From assembly GCA_963667845.2 (NCBI GenBank), contig CAXXVL010000002.1, forward strand, positions 1,728,001-1,792,000: DNA of 64,000 nt. Reading direction: 5' to 3'. The position numbers were made by a program, and so were the translations under genes. Position 1 is the first letter of the stretch, and each line of letters begins with the position of its first letter. This stretch comes from Smithellaceae bacterium (GTDB lineage: Bacteria; Desulfobacterota; Syntrophia; Syntrophales; Smithellaceae). The notes beneath the pieces were generated by a model. The model worked only from the letters and a program-made list of their open reading frames with translations. It searched no databases and was not told where the DNA came from. Shown piece by piece: positions 18,790-27,951 of the stretch.

Positions 18790-21054
18790 TTATTTTCGTG
18801 TCATGACAAAGACTCCGTCCCACGGTTCGGCCGGCGGATGCTCTTTGAGATTCTTACACCTTTCAACATACATCGTCGATACGAAATCGCCGGGCCGGAT
18901 GGTGAGAACTTGCCCAAACGCGGCGATCGCCTCGTCCCATTTGCCTTTCCGGTAGAGGACCAGGCTTCGGGCAAAGGCGTCAATCAGAGCTTTAAAGTCC
19001 GGCTCGTCTTTTTTCTCTCCCAGCAATTCGTAAATTTTGACGGGTTTGACTTTGCCTTTGACGCGCACGCCGTCCAGCTCGCGGCAGCACATGATGTCCT
19101 TTACTTTTTCATACGTAAATTCGCTCAGAATAATATTGGTGCCGTATTCCTTGTTGGTCCCCTCCAGCCGCGATCCGAGGTTCACCATGTCGCCCATGAC
19201 GGTATAGTCAAACCGCATCTCGGAGCCCATGTTTCCGACAACCATGTCGCCGGAGTTGATGCCGATGCCGATGTTAAACGAGGGGCGTCCCTCCGCTTTC
19301 CATTTTTCCTGCAGACGGTGCAGTTCCTTCATCATGGCCAGTGCCGTCACGCAGGCCCGGCGGGCGTGGTCCGGCTGATCAAGCGGTGCGCCGAATACGG
19401 CCATGATGGCGTCCCCCATGTATTTATCGAGCAGGCCGTCGTTTTGGAACACCTGGTTGGTCATCGCCGTAAGGTACTCATTGAGCAAGGCGACCAGCTC
19501 TTCGGGCGTCAGCTTCTCCGACATGGTGGTAAAGCCCCGGATGTCGGAAAACAGAACGGTCAGGTCTTTCTTGTCGCCGCCGAGTTTGAGCTTGGCCGGG
19601 TCTTTGAGCATTTCGTTGATGACGGATGCGGTCAGGTAGTATTGAAAGGCTCCCCGGATTTTCTTCTTTTCCCGCTCTTCTTTGAAATAATGGTAGATCG
19701 TGATGCCCAGATAGATAACGATCATCGTCAAAAACGGATACACCAGGTTCAGCCAGACATTAAACGAGATAAAGACGAAGTAATTAATAACGAGAAAGAC
19801 GGCGATAACGAGAAAGGCCCAGAGCATCCCGGATATGGGTCTGAGGCGCGGAATCAAGAGCCCGATGATCAGGCCGAAGATGATGATCATGCAGATATCG
19901 ATAAAGCGCGTCAAAGAGGAATGGCTGAGAAAATTGCGGTGCAGAATGTTGTCGATGACCGTCGCGTGAATTTCGACACCGGGATAGGTTGCGGAAAAAG
20001 GCGTGACCCGCAAATCGTAAATGCCGATGGCCGTCGCCCCGACGAGCACAATCTTATTGCGAAACGTTTCTGCAGGAATTTTCCCTGATAAGATGTCGGC
20101 AATGGGGTAGTGGGGAAAAGTCCGCGGCGGCCCGAGATAGTTGATCAAGAGCCGTCCCGATTCATCCGTAGGGATGAGGATGTCGCCGATGCCGATGTTC
20201 CTTACGCCGTAGGGTTCCAGATTCAGGGATAGTGCCGGAAAACCGAGATAGGCGTGAACGAGCGAAACGGCGAGCGAGGAATAGTAATTGCTGCCGAAAG
20301 CGATGACCAGCGGCGACCACCGGTTGGAGCCGTCGCTGTCGGGAAGCGTGTTGAAATAGCCGCTGTTTTGCGCCGCGTTGTTCAGAACGGCAATATTAGC
20401 CTCCGGCGCATAGGCGCGCGGCAGGAACGCATCGCTCGGGGCATTCGTTGTCGAGTTGATCATGGAATAGCGGGAATTTTCTATGCGGACGGCATTCTGG
20501 GCGATTTTACGCGCGGTAATATGGGCCAGTTCTTTCTCATTGTCCTTGCGCGGAAAATGAAAAAAGTACCCCAGAGTGACGTTGCCCGCTTTTTGCAGGG
20601 AAGAGGCGAGGATCGCATCCGTGTCGGCGGTGCTTCTCTGCCGGGCAAGAAGGTTCAAGATACTCGCATGGGTCATGCCGTTCTTTTTCATTTCGGCGGC
20701 CAGTGCGTCGATGGTTTTCAGATTGGTGTTCGCATCGGGCTCGGAAAAGACGATATCAAAGCCGATCGCCTTGGCGCCTCCCTTTTTTAATTGATCCACG
20801 AGCCTCGCAATGGTCGTTCGCGGCCACGGCCAGCGCCCCAGTTCCGAGACGCTTTTTTCATCAATGGCGGCGATGACGGTTTCTCCCCCAGGATTCAGAA
20901 CGCCGCGGGACGCCATGCGCAAATCCAGGGTCTTGAGTTCCACCAGCCGCAAAAAACGCGAATCAATCAAGAACAGCGCCAGAGCCGCCCCAATCACAAC
21001 AAACGTAATTTTCAGAGGTGTAATCTGCAGAATTGCTTTCAATTTCTGGTGCAT
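18790..21054 (-). CDS. CHASE2-domain class III adenylate/guanylate cyclase with C-terminal TPR-like tail
   Basis: GRWPWPR and PGVEIHA (CHASE2), 3 TM helices, FSDIRGFT, DKYMGDA and GDMVNLGSRLE. Confidence 0.93.
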   Translation of the reverse strand: MHQKLKAILQITPLKITFVVIGAALALFLIDSRFLRLVELKTLDLRMASRGVLNPGGETVIAAIDEKSVSELGRWPWPRTTIARLVDQLKKGGAKAIGFDIVFSEPDANTNLKTIDALAAEMKKNGMTHASILNLLARQRSTADTDAILASSLQKAGNVTLGYFFHFPRKDNEKELAHITARKIAQNAVRIENSRYSMINSTTNAPSDAFLPRAYAPEANIAVLNNAAQNSGYFNTLPDSDGSNRWSPLVIAFGSNYYSSLAVSLVHAYLGFPALSLNLEPYGVRNIGIGDILIPTDESGRLLINYLGPPRTFPHYPIADILSGKIPAETFRNKIVLVGATAIGIYDLRVTPFSATYPGVEIHATVIDNILHRNFLSHSSLTRFIDICMIIIFGLIIGLLIPRLRPISGMLWAFLVIAVFLVINYFVFISFNVWLNLVYPFLTMIVIYLGITIYHYFKEEREKKKIRGAFQYYLTASVINEMLKDPAKLKLGGDKKDLTVLFSDIRGFTTMSEKLTPEELVALLNEYLTAMTNQVFQNDGLLDKYMGDAIMAVFGAPLDQPDHARRACVTALAMMKELHRLQEKWKAEGRPSFNIGIGINSGDMVVGNMGSEMRFDYTVMGDMVNLGSRLEGTNKEYGTNIILSEFTYEKVKDIMCCRELDGVRVKGKVKPVKIYELLGEKKDEPDFKALIDAFARSLVLYRKGKWDEAIAAFGQVLTIRPGDFVSTMYVERCKNLKEHPPAEPWDGVFVMTRK

Positions 21055-21335
21055 CGAGCGTTTGTCTCCTTTGAAAAATCATATCAAACCGCCGGACAAA
21101 GTCAAGTTGTCCTTTGTCGGGCCGCCTGCCGTTTCTGCGGATCTTTTGCAAGGGGACTCTAATGACGACACAGCCTCCTTGGCCTCATGCCCGGCGGACT
21201 TTTCCGCCGGTGCAAAAAAATGAATAAAAAAACAATCAATGCTTGAAAGAAAGAAATATTTGAATTAAAATCAAAAATAATTTGGACAATGGAGGGCGGA
21301 AGTTAAGACCCATCAACAACGAGGAGGGTGTGAAC

Positions 21336-21620
21336 ATGTCAAAAGTTAAATCTGGTGATGTCCTGAGTTGTGAAGTATGCGGACTTGCTGTCATCGTAGA
21401 TGAAGAATGCGGCTGTGCAATAGCCGATGTGATCTGCTGCGATGAGCCGATGGAAAACAAAGGCCCCAAGCCGCCCAAGAAAGCGGCGGCCGCGCCGAAG
21501 AAGAAAGCCGTTGTCAAAAAGGCAAAACCGGCTGTAAAGAAACCGGCTGCAAAGAAACCGGCTGCCCCGAAAAAGGCAGTGAAGAAGCCGGTTGCAAAAA
21601 AGAAAGCGTCCAAGAAATAA
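21336..21620 (+). CDS. Small protein with Cys-rich metal-binding N-terminus and histone H1-like Lys/Ala/Pro tail
   Basis: CEVC-x9-CGC-x6-CC followed by repeated KKPAA/KKPA units; GAGGAGG RBS. Confidence 0.85.
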   Translation: MSKVKSGDVLSCEVCGLAVIVDEECGCAIADVICCDEPMENKGPKPPKKAAAAPKKKAVVKKAKPAVKKPAAKKPAAPKKAVKKPVAKKKASKK

Positions 21621-21935
21621 TTAGCATAGATAAATCTGACGATAGAGGATCACGTCGGCCCTCGGATTTGCGGGCAGGGTGAATTTTATGGTCAGAGCTC
21701 CGGCACCGGTTTCTGAGCGCATTGAGATTGAGTAGTGCATCTTCATGAAAAAAGCAGTCCGTCAAAACAACGTGGATGCCCGCCGGCTCCCGGCGCAGAA
21801 AATCGGCAGAGATAGTACCTGGTGTGTCAAGTTCGGATATTTTATAGATTTGGATGCCTGCCGGGCGCGCTCTTATCAGAAGCGCGTTTGCCGCCGTTGC
21901 TATGCGTCTTTGCTGCAGGTGCCTCTTCCATTTTA

Positions 21936-22064
21936 AGGCTATTAGGCTGTAGTCTTTTAGACTATTAGGTCTATTTTGTGGGCCTTCGGCCCTTATAAAA
22001 TCGACGCGTTCGCGCCGCTCCACCTAACAGCCTACAGCCTAGTAGTCTAATAGCCTAATAGTCT
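21936..22064. repeat. Inverted pair of degenerate 7-8 bp tandem-repeat tracts
   Basis: GGCTATTAGGCTGTAG.. (21936-21975) and ..CTACAGCCTAGTAGTCTAATAGCC.. (22023-22064); same unit as at 16653. Confidence 0.6.
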
Positions 22065-23586
22065 ATCTTCTCCTTCCCAGCAAAGACCCCAGCACACCGC
22101 GGACGATTTCCCGTCCGACGGATGAGCCGATGGTCCGGGCCACGCTTTTGGCCGCAGCCTGGACCAGGCCTTCGGTTTTGCCGCCGCGCGGACCGGTTCG
22201 GCCGAACAATAAATCACCCACCGCGCCGCCCATAATTCCGCCGCCGCTCTGCGCGGGTGCCTGTTGTGTGCCGGGGAGAGGCATCGGCTGGGCGGGAGCG
22301 GGCGCGCCCTGGACGGATGCGCGCAGCTTTTCATAGGCTGATTCGCGGTCCAGCGTTTTTTCATAGTGTCCGTAGATCGTCGAGCTGCTGATAGCCGCCG
22401 ACCGCTCGGCATCGGTGAGAACGCCCAGCCGTGAACCGGGGGCGATGACAAAAGACCGCTCCACGGGAGCCGGCCGGCCTTTCTCATCCAGAAAAGAAAC
22501 CAGCGCCTCGCCGACGCCCAGCTCCGTGATCGCGTCCGCCGTATTGAAAGCGGGATTGGGCCGCATGGTGTCCGCCGCTGTTTTAACCGCTTTCTGGTCG
22601 CGCGGCGTGAAGGCGCGCAGGGCGTGCTGGACACGATTGCCCATCTGCCCCAGAACGGTTTCGGGAATATCGAGCGGATTCTGCGTGACGAAATAAACGC
22701 CCACACCCTTGGAACGAATCAGGCGCACGACCTGTTCGATCTTTTCCAGGAGGGCGGCCGGTGCGTCGGTGAATAAGAGGTGGGCCTCGTCGAAGAAGAA
22801 GACGAGCTTGGGCTTTTCGACGTCACCCACTTCCGGCAGTTTTTCAAACAGCTCGGCGAGCATCCACAAAAGAAAGGTCGAGTAAAGCTTGGGACTGTTA
22901 TAAAGCTTGTCGGCGGCAAGTACATTGATGACGCCGCGGCCTTCACCGTCCGTCTGCATCAAGTCGTCGATGTCCAGCATCGGTTCGCCGAAAAACTTGT
23001 CGCCGCCCTGCTGCGAAAGCGTTAAAAGGCCGCGTTGAATCGCTCCGATGGATGCCGCGGAGATGTTGCCGTACTCGGTGGTAAAGCGTTTGGCGTTGTC
23101 ACCGACAAACTGGATCATCGCCTGCAGGTCTTTCAGATCCAGAAGGAGCAGTCCGTTGTCGTCGGCAATCTTGAAGACCAGCGTCAGAACACCGGATTGG
23201 GTTTCGTTGAGATTCAGCAGCCTGGCAAGCAGAAGCGGTCCCATGTCGGAAATGGTGGCGCGCACCGGATGCCCTTTTTCGCCGAACACGTCCCAGAAAA
23301 CGGCGGTATTGGCGCGCGGCTTAAAGTCCTTGACGCCGATGGATGCGAGCCTGGTGAGCATTTTTTCGGAAGCTATGCCCGGAGCGGCAATGCCGGCCAG
23401 GTCGCCCTTGACGTCGGCCAGAAAAACCGGAACGCCGATTGACGCGAAGGATTCGGCCATTTTCTGCAGGGTAACGGTTTTCCCCGTACCCGTGGCGCCG
23501 GTAATCAATCCGTGGCGGTTGGCCATATTCGGCAGAAGCGTGATCTCTTTGGCTTGGGACATGGCGATGATAAGGGGTGCGCTCAT
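22063..23586 (-). CDS. yjgR: HerA-like ATPase, DUF853/YjgR family
   Basis: [25 protein letters not shown] and [14 protein letters not shown] motifs. Confidence 0.92.
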   Translation of the reverse strand: MSAPLIIAMSQAKEITLLPNMANRHGLITGATGTGKTVTLQKMAESFASIGVPVFLADVKGDLAGIAAPGIASEKMLTRLASIGVKDFKPRANTAVFWDVFGEKGHPVRATISDMGPLLLARLLNLNETQSGVLTLVFKIADDNGLLLLDLKDLQAMIQFVGDNAKRFTTEYGNISAASIGAIQRGLLTLSQQGGDKFFGEPMLDIDDLMQTDGEGRGVINVLAADKLYNSPKLYSTFLLWMLAELFEKLPEVGDVEKPKLVFFFDEAHLLFTDAPAALLEKIEQVVRLIRSKGVGVYFVTQNPLDIPETVLGQMGNRVQHALRAFTPRDQKAVKTAADTMRPNPAFNTADAITELGVGEALVSFLDEKGRPAPVERSFVIAPGSRLGVLTDAERSAAISSSTIYGHYEKTLDRESAYEKLRASVQGAPAPAQPMPLPGTQQAPAQSGGGIMGGAVGDLLFGRTGPRGGKTEGLVQAAAKSVARTIGSSVGREIVRGVLGSLLGRRR

Positions 23587-23697
23587 GAAGTCTCCTTTTT
23601 CAGATCCGTCGGTCGGGCCGGTGCTGTCTTCCTTATATTTTGGCGAAACTATAAGAAGACGCTCCGGATAAGTCAATGATGAAAAAAAGCTTCGGGG

Positions 23698-24177
23698 TCA
23701 GCGATTGTCTCTCAACGCCGCTTCGTATTGCCCGGGGTCATAACCGATAATGGATCGGCCGTTGACAACGGCAAAAGGAACCCCTCTGGCTGGTGTGAGC
23801 CTTTTCATTCTTTGGGCCGCTTCACGGTCCGTCTCCACGTCATATTCGTTAAAGCGGATGCTGCGGGCGGTAAAGAAGGCTTTTGCTCTTTTGCAGGCGG
23901 AGCACCATCGTGCGGTGTACAGGTCCACTTCATGATCCCTGTCAGGCCGGTCGACGGTGCGGGGCGACGCCGCGGGCCTCTGCGGAGAGGAAGGCACGGA
24001 CCGGTCGGCATTGGACTCGGTGGGGTGAACCTTGAGTTTCTTCACCGATTTGGATGGCGGGCGATAATCGGTGATGTGAATATTCCCCTCCTCATCTTCC
24101 CATTTATAAAAATCGGCCTCGGCAAGGCTTACGAATAGAAACAGCGTCAAGAGAAAAAACAGGAATACTCTGAACAT
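23698..24177 (-). CDS. Exported DUF4124 plus glutaredoxin domain protein
   Basis: Signal peptide, YKWEDEEGNIHITD (DUF4124), WCSAC and GVP (glutaredoxin). Confidence 0.88.
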   Translation of the reverse strand: MFRVFLFFLLTLFLFVSLAEADFYKWEDEEGNIHITDYRPPSKSVKKLKVHPTESNADRSVPSSPQRPAASPRTVDRPDRDHEVDLYTARWCSACKRAKAFFTARSIRFNEYDVETDREAAQRMKRLTPARGVPFAVVNGRSIIGYDPGQYEAALRDNR

Positions 24178-24192
24178 GCAGACCTCCAAGAT

Positions 24193-24292
24193 TTGATCCC
24201 GCTGCCGCCCGACGAGAGCTAATTCCCTGTCGCTTGCTGCGATATAATAACGTTCATTTCATACCTCGACGGTTTGCTGCGAGGTGGTTGAT
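24193..24292 (+). repeat. Dispersed intergenic repeat family, long copy A
   Basis: TGATCCCGCT..GACGAGAGCTAATT..GCTTGCTGCGA..CCTCG..GCTGCGAGGTGGTTGA; four more copies in the window. Confidence 0.8.
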
Positions 24293-24301
24293 TAAAACGC
24301 A

Positions 24302-26185
24302 TTACGATGCGCCGGGGCCGGTTTCAGAAGAGCGCTTGCCGTCAATCGTCCGGCGCACCGCGTGAGCCAGTTGATTCATAGTGTAAGGTTTCATCAAAAA
24401 CTCCCGGACGCCCAGTTTGAAGGCATCATCACGGGAGGTTTGTTCACAGTATCCTGTGCACATAATAATAGGGGTCTCGAGCCTGAGCGCAAGAATTTTC
24501 TCCGCAAGCATTTCGCCGGAAAGGTGCGGCATGCTCAAATCGGTGATGATGGCGTGAAATCGCTGAGGGTCGGCGATAAAGAGATCATACGCTTCAACGC
24601 TGCTTGTTTTACCGACAACCTGATAGCCCAGCCTCTCCAGCATTTCACCGGCTATTTCGCACAGGGTAGGTTCATCATCGATGTAGAGAATGGTTTCCGT
24701 TCCAGTGGGCATCGCTTCTTCTTCCCGGGATCTTTCCGGATTTCGCCGGTCTTCAATTTCGGGGAAATAGACATCAAAAGAAGATCCCGACCCCGGTGTG
24801 CTGCAGCACGAAATCAAACCTCCGTGGCCCTTGACAATACCGTAGACGACCGAAAGCCCCATCCCCGTTCCGCGCCCCGGCTCCTTGGTGGTGAAATAAG
24901 GTTCAAATATGCGCGCGGCAATCTCGGGTGTCATGCCGTGACCGGTATCGCTGACCGTCATTTTCAGATAAGGCCCTGCCTGAAGATACAGGTCGTCCGG
25001 CGTCGCGGGTTCATCGAGGTACTCCCGCGTCAGGCGGACGTCCAGCACTCCGCCGTCTTTGCCCATGGCGTGGATGGCATTGCTGCAGAGATTCATGATG
25101 ATCTGATGGACGTAGAGCGAACTTGACAGAATCATGCCCGAAGCATTGTAGGTTTGCGTAACTTTGATATTGGCCGGGATCAGCGAATGCATCATTTTGA
25201 GCGCATCGGAAACGGACTCGCCGAGCTTAAGAGGCACTCTGAGGACTTCGGTCTTGCGGCTGAAGACCAGAATCTGATTGATCAACTCTCTGGCGCGTTC
25301 GCCGGCATGAATGACCTGGGTGATTTTTTGTTTGGTTTTTTCAGGGACCGCTTTGTCGTCCAATGCCAGTTGTGAATATCCGGTAATAACGGATAAAATA
25401 TTGTTGAAGTCATGGGCAATGCCGCCGGCCAGCTCTCCTACGGCTTCCATCTTCTGGGCCTGGTCCAGATCGGTCTGGAGACGCTTTTTTTCATCCTCGG
25501 CTTTCCGGCGCTCGGAAATCTCGTTTTGCAATTCTGTGTTGGCGGATTGCAGGTTCCTGGATTCCAGCGCGAGTTTTGTGCTGAGATTATGTTCCTGAAT
25601 CAGGAGCCTGTTCATTTGATTCAGGAGCAAACCCACCGGCATGCTTGCAAACAGGGAGACCAGCGAAATATTTGCCACAAACATGATCCAGGTTGCCGGG
25701 GGGTCCCGATAGACCGGAGCCCAGGCCGGGAGGTGAGGGCCAACCAGCCAGTATAAGAGCATCAGTAAAGCGGCGTTGACGGCGGTTGTGATCGCGGCGG
25801 CCCGAACGCCAAAGAGAAAGGCGGCGCTGACCGTACACATCACCAGCCAGCCCGAACGGGCATACAAAGGGCCGAGCATGATGATAAACATCAGCATGAG
25901 TCCGTAAAGCAGCGCAAAAAATATTTTCACGGACGGAGCGGAGTAACGGAAGTGTATGGCCGTGGCGATGAGGAGGATGGCGCCGATGTCCAATGCGAGC
26001 AGAACCTGTTTCCCCTGGGCGAGGAAGGTGGGAATGGAAAAGGCAAACCCGATCGGGAAGACGATTAAGGCGAGAAAGAGCATGACCCTGATATAGTAGA
26101 TGCGCCATCCGGTAAGATCCTGAAATTCAGCGCGGGGCAAAACCCTTTCGAATAATTTTTTAACGACCATATTGGACTCCGGCAA
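24302..26185 (-). CDS. Membrane-bound hybrid sensor histidine kinase (TM-HisKA-HATPase-REC)
   Basis: AHDFNNIL H-box, GTGMGL G-box, C-terminal receiver; start may be 26170. Confidence 0.93.
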   Translation of the reverse strand: MPESNMVVKKLFERVLPRAEFQDLTGWRIYYIRVMLFLALIVFPIGFAFSIPTFLAQGKQVLLALDIGAILLIATAIHFRYSAPSVKIFFALLYGLMLMFIIMLGPLYARSGWLVMCTVSAAFLFGVRAAAITTAVNAALLMLLYWLVGPHLPAWAPVYRDPPATWIMFVANISLVSLFASMPVGLLLNQMNRLLIQEHNLSTKLALESRNLQSANTELQNEISERRKAEDEKKRLQTDLDQAQKMEAVGELAGGIAHDFNNILSVITGYSQLALDDKAVPEKTKQKITQVIHAGERARELINQILVFSRKTEVLRVPLKLGESVSDALKMMHSLIPANIKVTQTYNASGMILSSSLYVHQIIMNLCSNAIHAMGKDGGVLDVRLTREYLDEPATPDDLYLQAGPYLKMTVSDTGHGMTPEIAARIFEPYFTTKEPGRGTGMGLSVVYGIVKGHGGLISCCSTPGSGSSFDVYFPEIEDRRNPERSREEEAMPTGTETILYIDDEPTLCEIAGEMLERLGYQVVGKTSSVEAYDLFIADPQRFHAIITDLSMPHLSGEMLAEKILALRLETPIIMCTGYCEQTSRDDAFKLGVREFLMKPYTMNQLAHAVRRTIDGKRSSETGPGAS

Positions 26186-26651
26186 TCGTTCGATGGCGGA
26201 TGAGCCACAGCAGGTTTCTTATTGCGTTTCTTCAGCGCTTTTGACGTTTGGCGCCGGAAGCCTACCTGATTCTTGATGTGATTGAGGAATCGATTTCCGT
26301 TTCGCGTCCGGTTGGGGGACACGAATAAACCGACTTGACGCTTGCCGGGGAAATTATAGGAAGAACAGGCGTTGTGTCAATAAGAATATTCTTCGGCGGC
26401 GGGTCATTGAATGCCTTATTTCAACCCCTGGGATAAGGGAGTTGTTGTGCACGCGTTTGTCTCTGAACGCAAAGCCCCTTGTGTTGTTTGAGGTAAAAAA
26501 AGCGACAGAGTTTACATCCGCGGGGACGGTTTTCCCGCCCGGGATGATTCCCTCTTCAGACGGCAGCACAGCCCCATGGTTTGTAAGTACTTTAATTTGG
26601 CATTGGTTTCTATTTATGCTATAGCCACTTCGCGATAAGGAAGGGGCATGC

Positions 26652-27950
26652 ATGAGCGTGCCTGAACAAATTTATCCAGGATTACGGCCTTCGATGAGGT
26701 GTTCGTTCGCCCGTCAGCAAAACGGTCCCCGCATGTTTGAATACACCATTACCCATCAGAATTCCTGCCACTGTGTGGCGGCCAGAGGCCGCATCGACGC
26801 GCTTTCCGCATCGGAACTGCAGGGTGTGTTTCAGCAGCTGATTCTGGAGGGCAGCCGCCTTTTGCTGGCTGAGCTGTCCGGCGTCCACTATATCAGCAGC
26901 GCCGGCCTGCGCGTTTTTATGGTTACGCAAAAAGGGCTGAAAAAAGTGGGAGGAGAAATGCTCCTCTCAGGCCTTACGCCGCAGGTCCTGGATGTTTTCA
27001 AGATGAGCGGCTTCGAAAAGCTCTTTCGCATCGTGCCGGGGCCCGACGCCGCCGGTATCCCGGTGGACGGAAATGTGCAGACCCAACCCGCGCGCCGGAT
27101 CAAGACCGACCAGGTGTCGATAGACCTCATCGAGCAGGCGGCTCCGGCCGGATCGATTTTTCTCATCGGATCGACGGAAAAAATGGAAAAGGCCGCCTAT
27201 GATGAAGCGGACGTTGCGGCGGTACCGGCGTCCCGGATGCGCTCGGGCTGCGGACTTGCGGCGCTCGGGGATTCCTTTGACGATTACCGGAATCTTTTCG
27301 GTGAGGCCATGGTGATTAACGGCAACTTTTTTTACTATCCGGCGGTCCGCCATCCGTCCGTGGATTTCTTGCTTGGCGCTCATTCCGATCCGGGGGTCAC
27401 CTATAAGTTTCTGCACGGGTTCGGGATAAGCGGCGAGTACCGCCACCTCCTGTCATTTAAGAGCGAAAACGGTTCCGTGGATCTGGGCTCGCTCATGAAT
27501 ACGATCCTTACCGTCTCCTCCGCGATGCTCATCGGCGTCACGGTACTTGCCGAAAGCAAAGGCCTCTGGGGGATGAACATCCGGAAACCGCCGGTAGCCG
27601 CTCTGCAATCTTCGCGGCCCGAGAGCATTTTCCAGAGCTGCTCATTCCCCGACTGGTTCGACTTTCCCGTCGAGCCGGCCTATGCGGGTTCGGTTGTGGC
27701 CGCGACGGGCATTGCCGCGGCCAATCCGCAGGCCCTGCCCGGACCGCTCCGGTCGCTCTTTTCCGGGGGCAATACCTTTCATCTCCACGGCGGCATTTTC
27801 GATAAGGCGCCCATCGGAAGCAACGCACAGGATTTTGACAACGAACTTACGCGCATTTTCGATGAACTGGATGTCTTCAAGATTCAGCACCTCCTCGGTC
27901 AATCCCGGTTTTCCACAGGCCTCGCCGGCATCATAGAAATCGAGGTGTAA
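26652..27950 (+). CDS. STAS (anti-sigma factor antagonist) domain protein with long uncharacterised C-terminal domain
   Basis: GRID..YISSAGLR..FKMSGF STAS motif; alternative start at 26733. Confidence 0.85.
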   Translation: MSVPEQIYPGLRPSMRCSFARQQNGPRMFEYTITHQNSCHCVAARGRIDALSASELQGVFQQLILEGSRLLLAELSGVHYISSAGLRVFMVTQKGLKKVGGEMLLSGLTPQVLDVFKMSGFEKLFRIVPGPDAAGIPVDGNVQTQPARRIKTDQVSIDLIEQAAPAGSIFLIGSTEKMEKAAYDEADVAAVPASRMRSGCGLAALGDSFDDYRNLFGEAMVINGNFFYYPAVRHPSVDFLLGAHSDPGVTYKFLHGFGISGEYRHLLSFKSENGSVDLGSLMNTILTVSSAMLIGVTVLAESKGLWGMNIRKPPVAALQSSRPESIFQSCSFPDWFDFPVEPAYAGSVVAATGIAAANPQALPGPLRSLFSGGNTFHLHGGIFDKAPIGSNAQDFDNELTRIFDELDVFKIQHLLGQSRFSTGLAGIIEIEV

Positions 27951-27951
27951 C

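Noticed and set aside
23880..23915. Glutaredoxin active site as a selenoprotein
   Set aside because: It reads CSAC with ordinary Cys codons.
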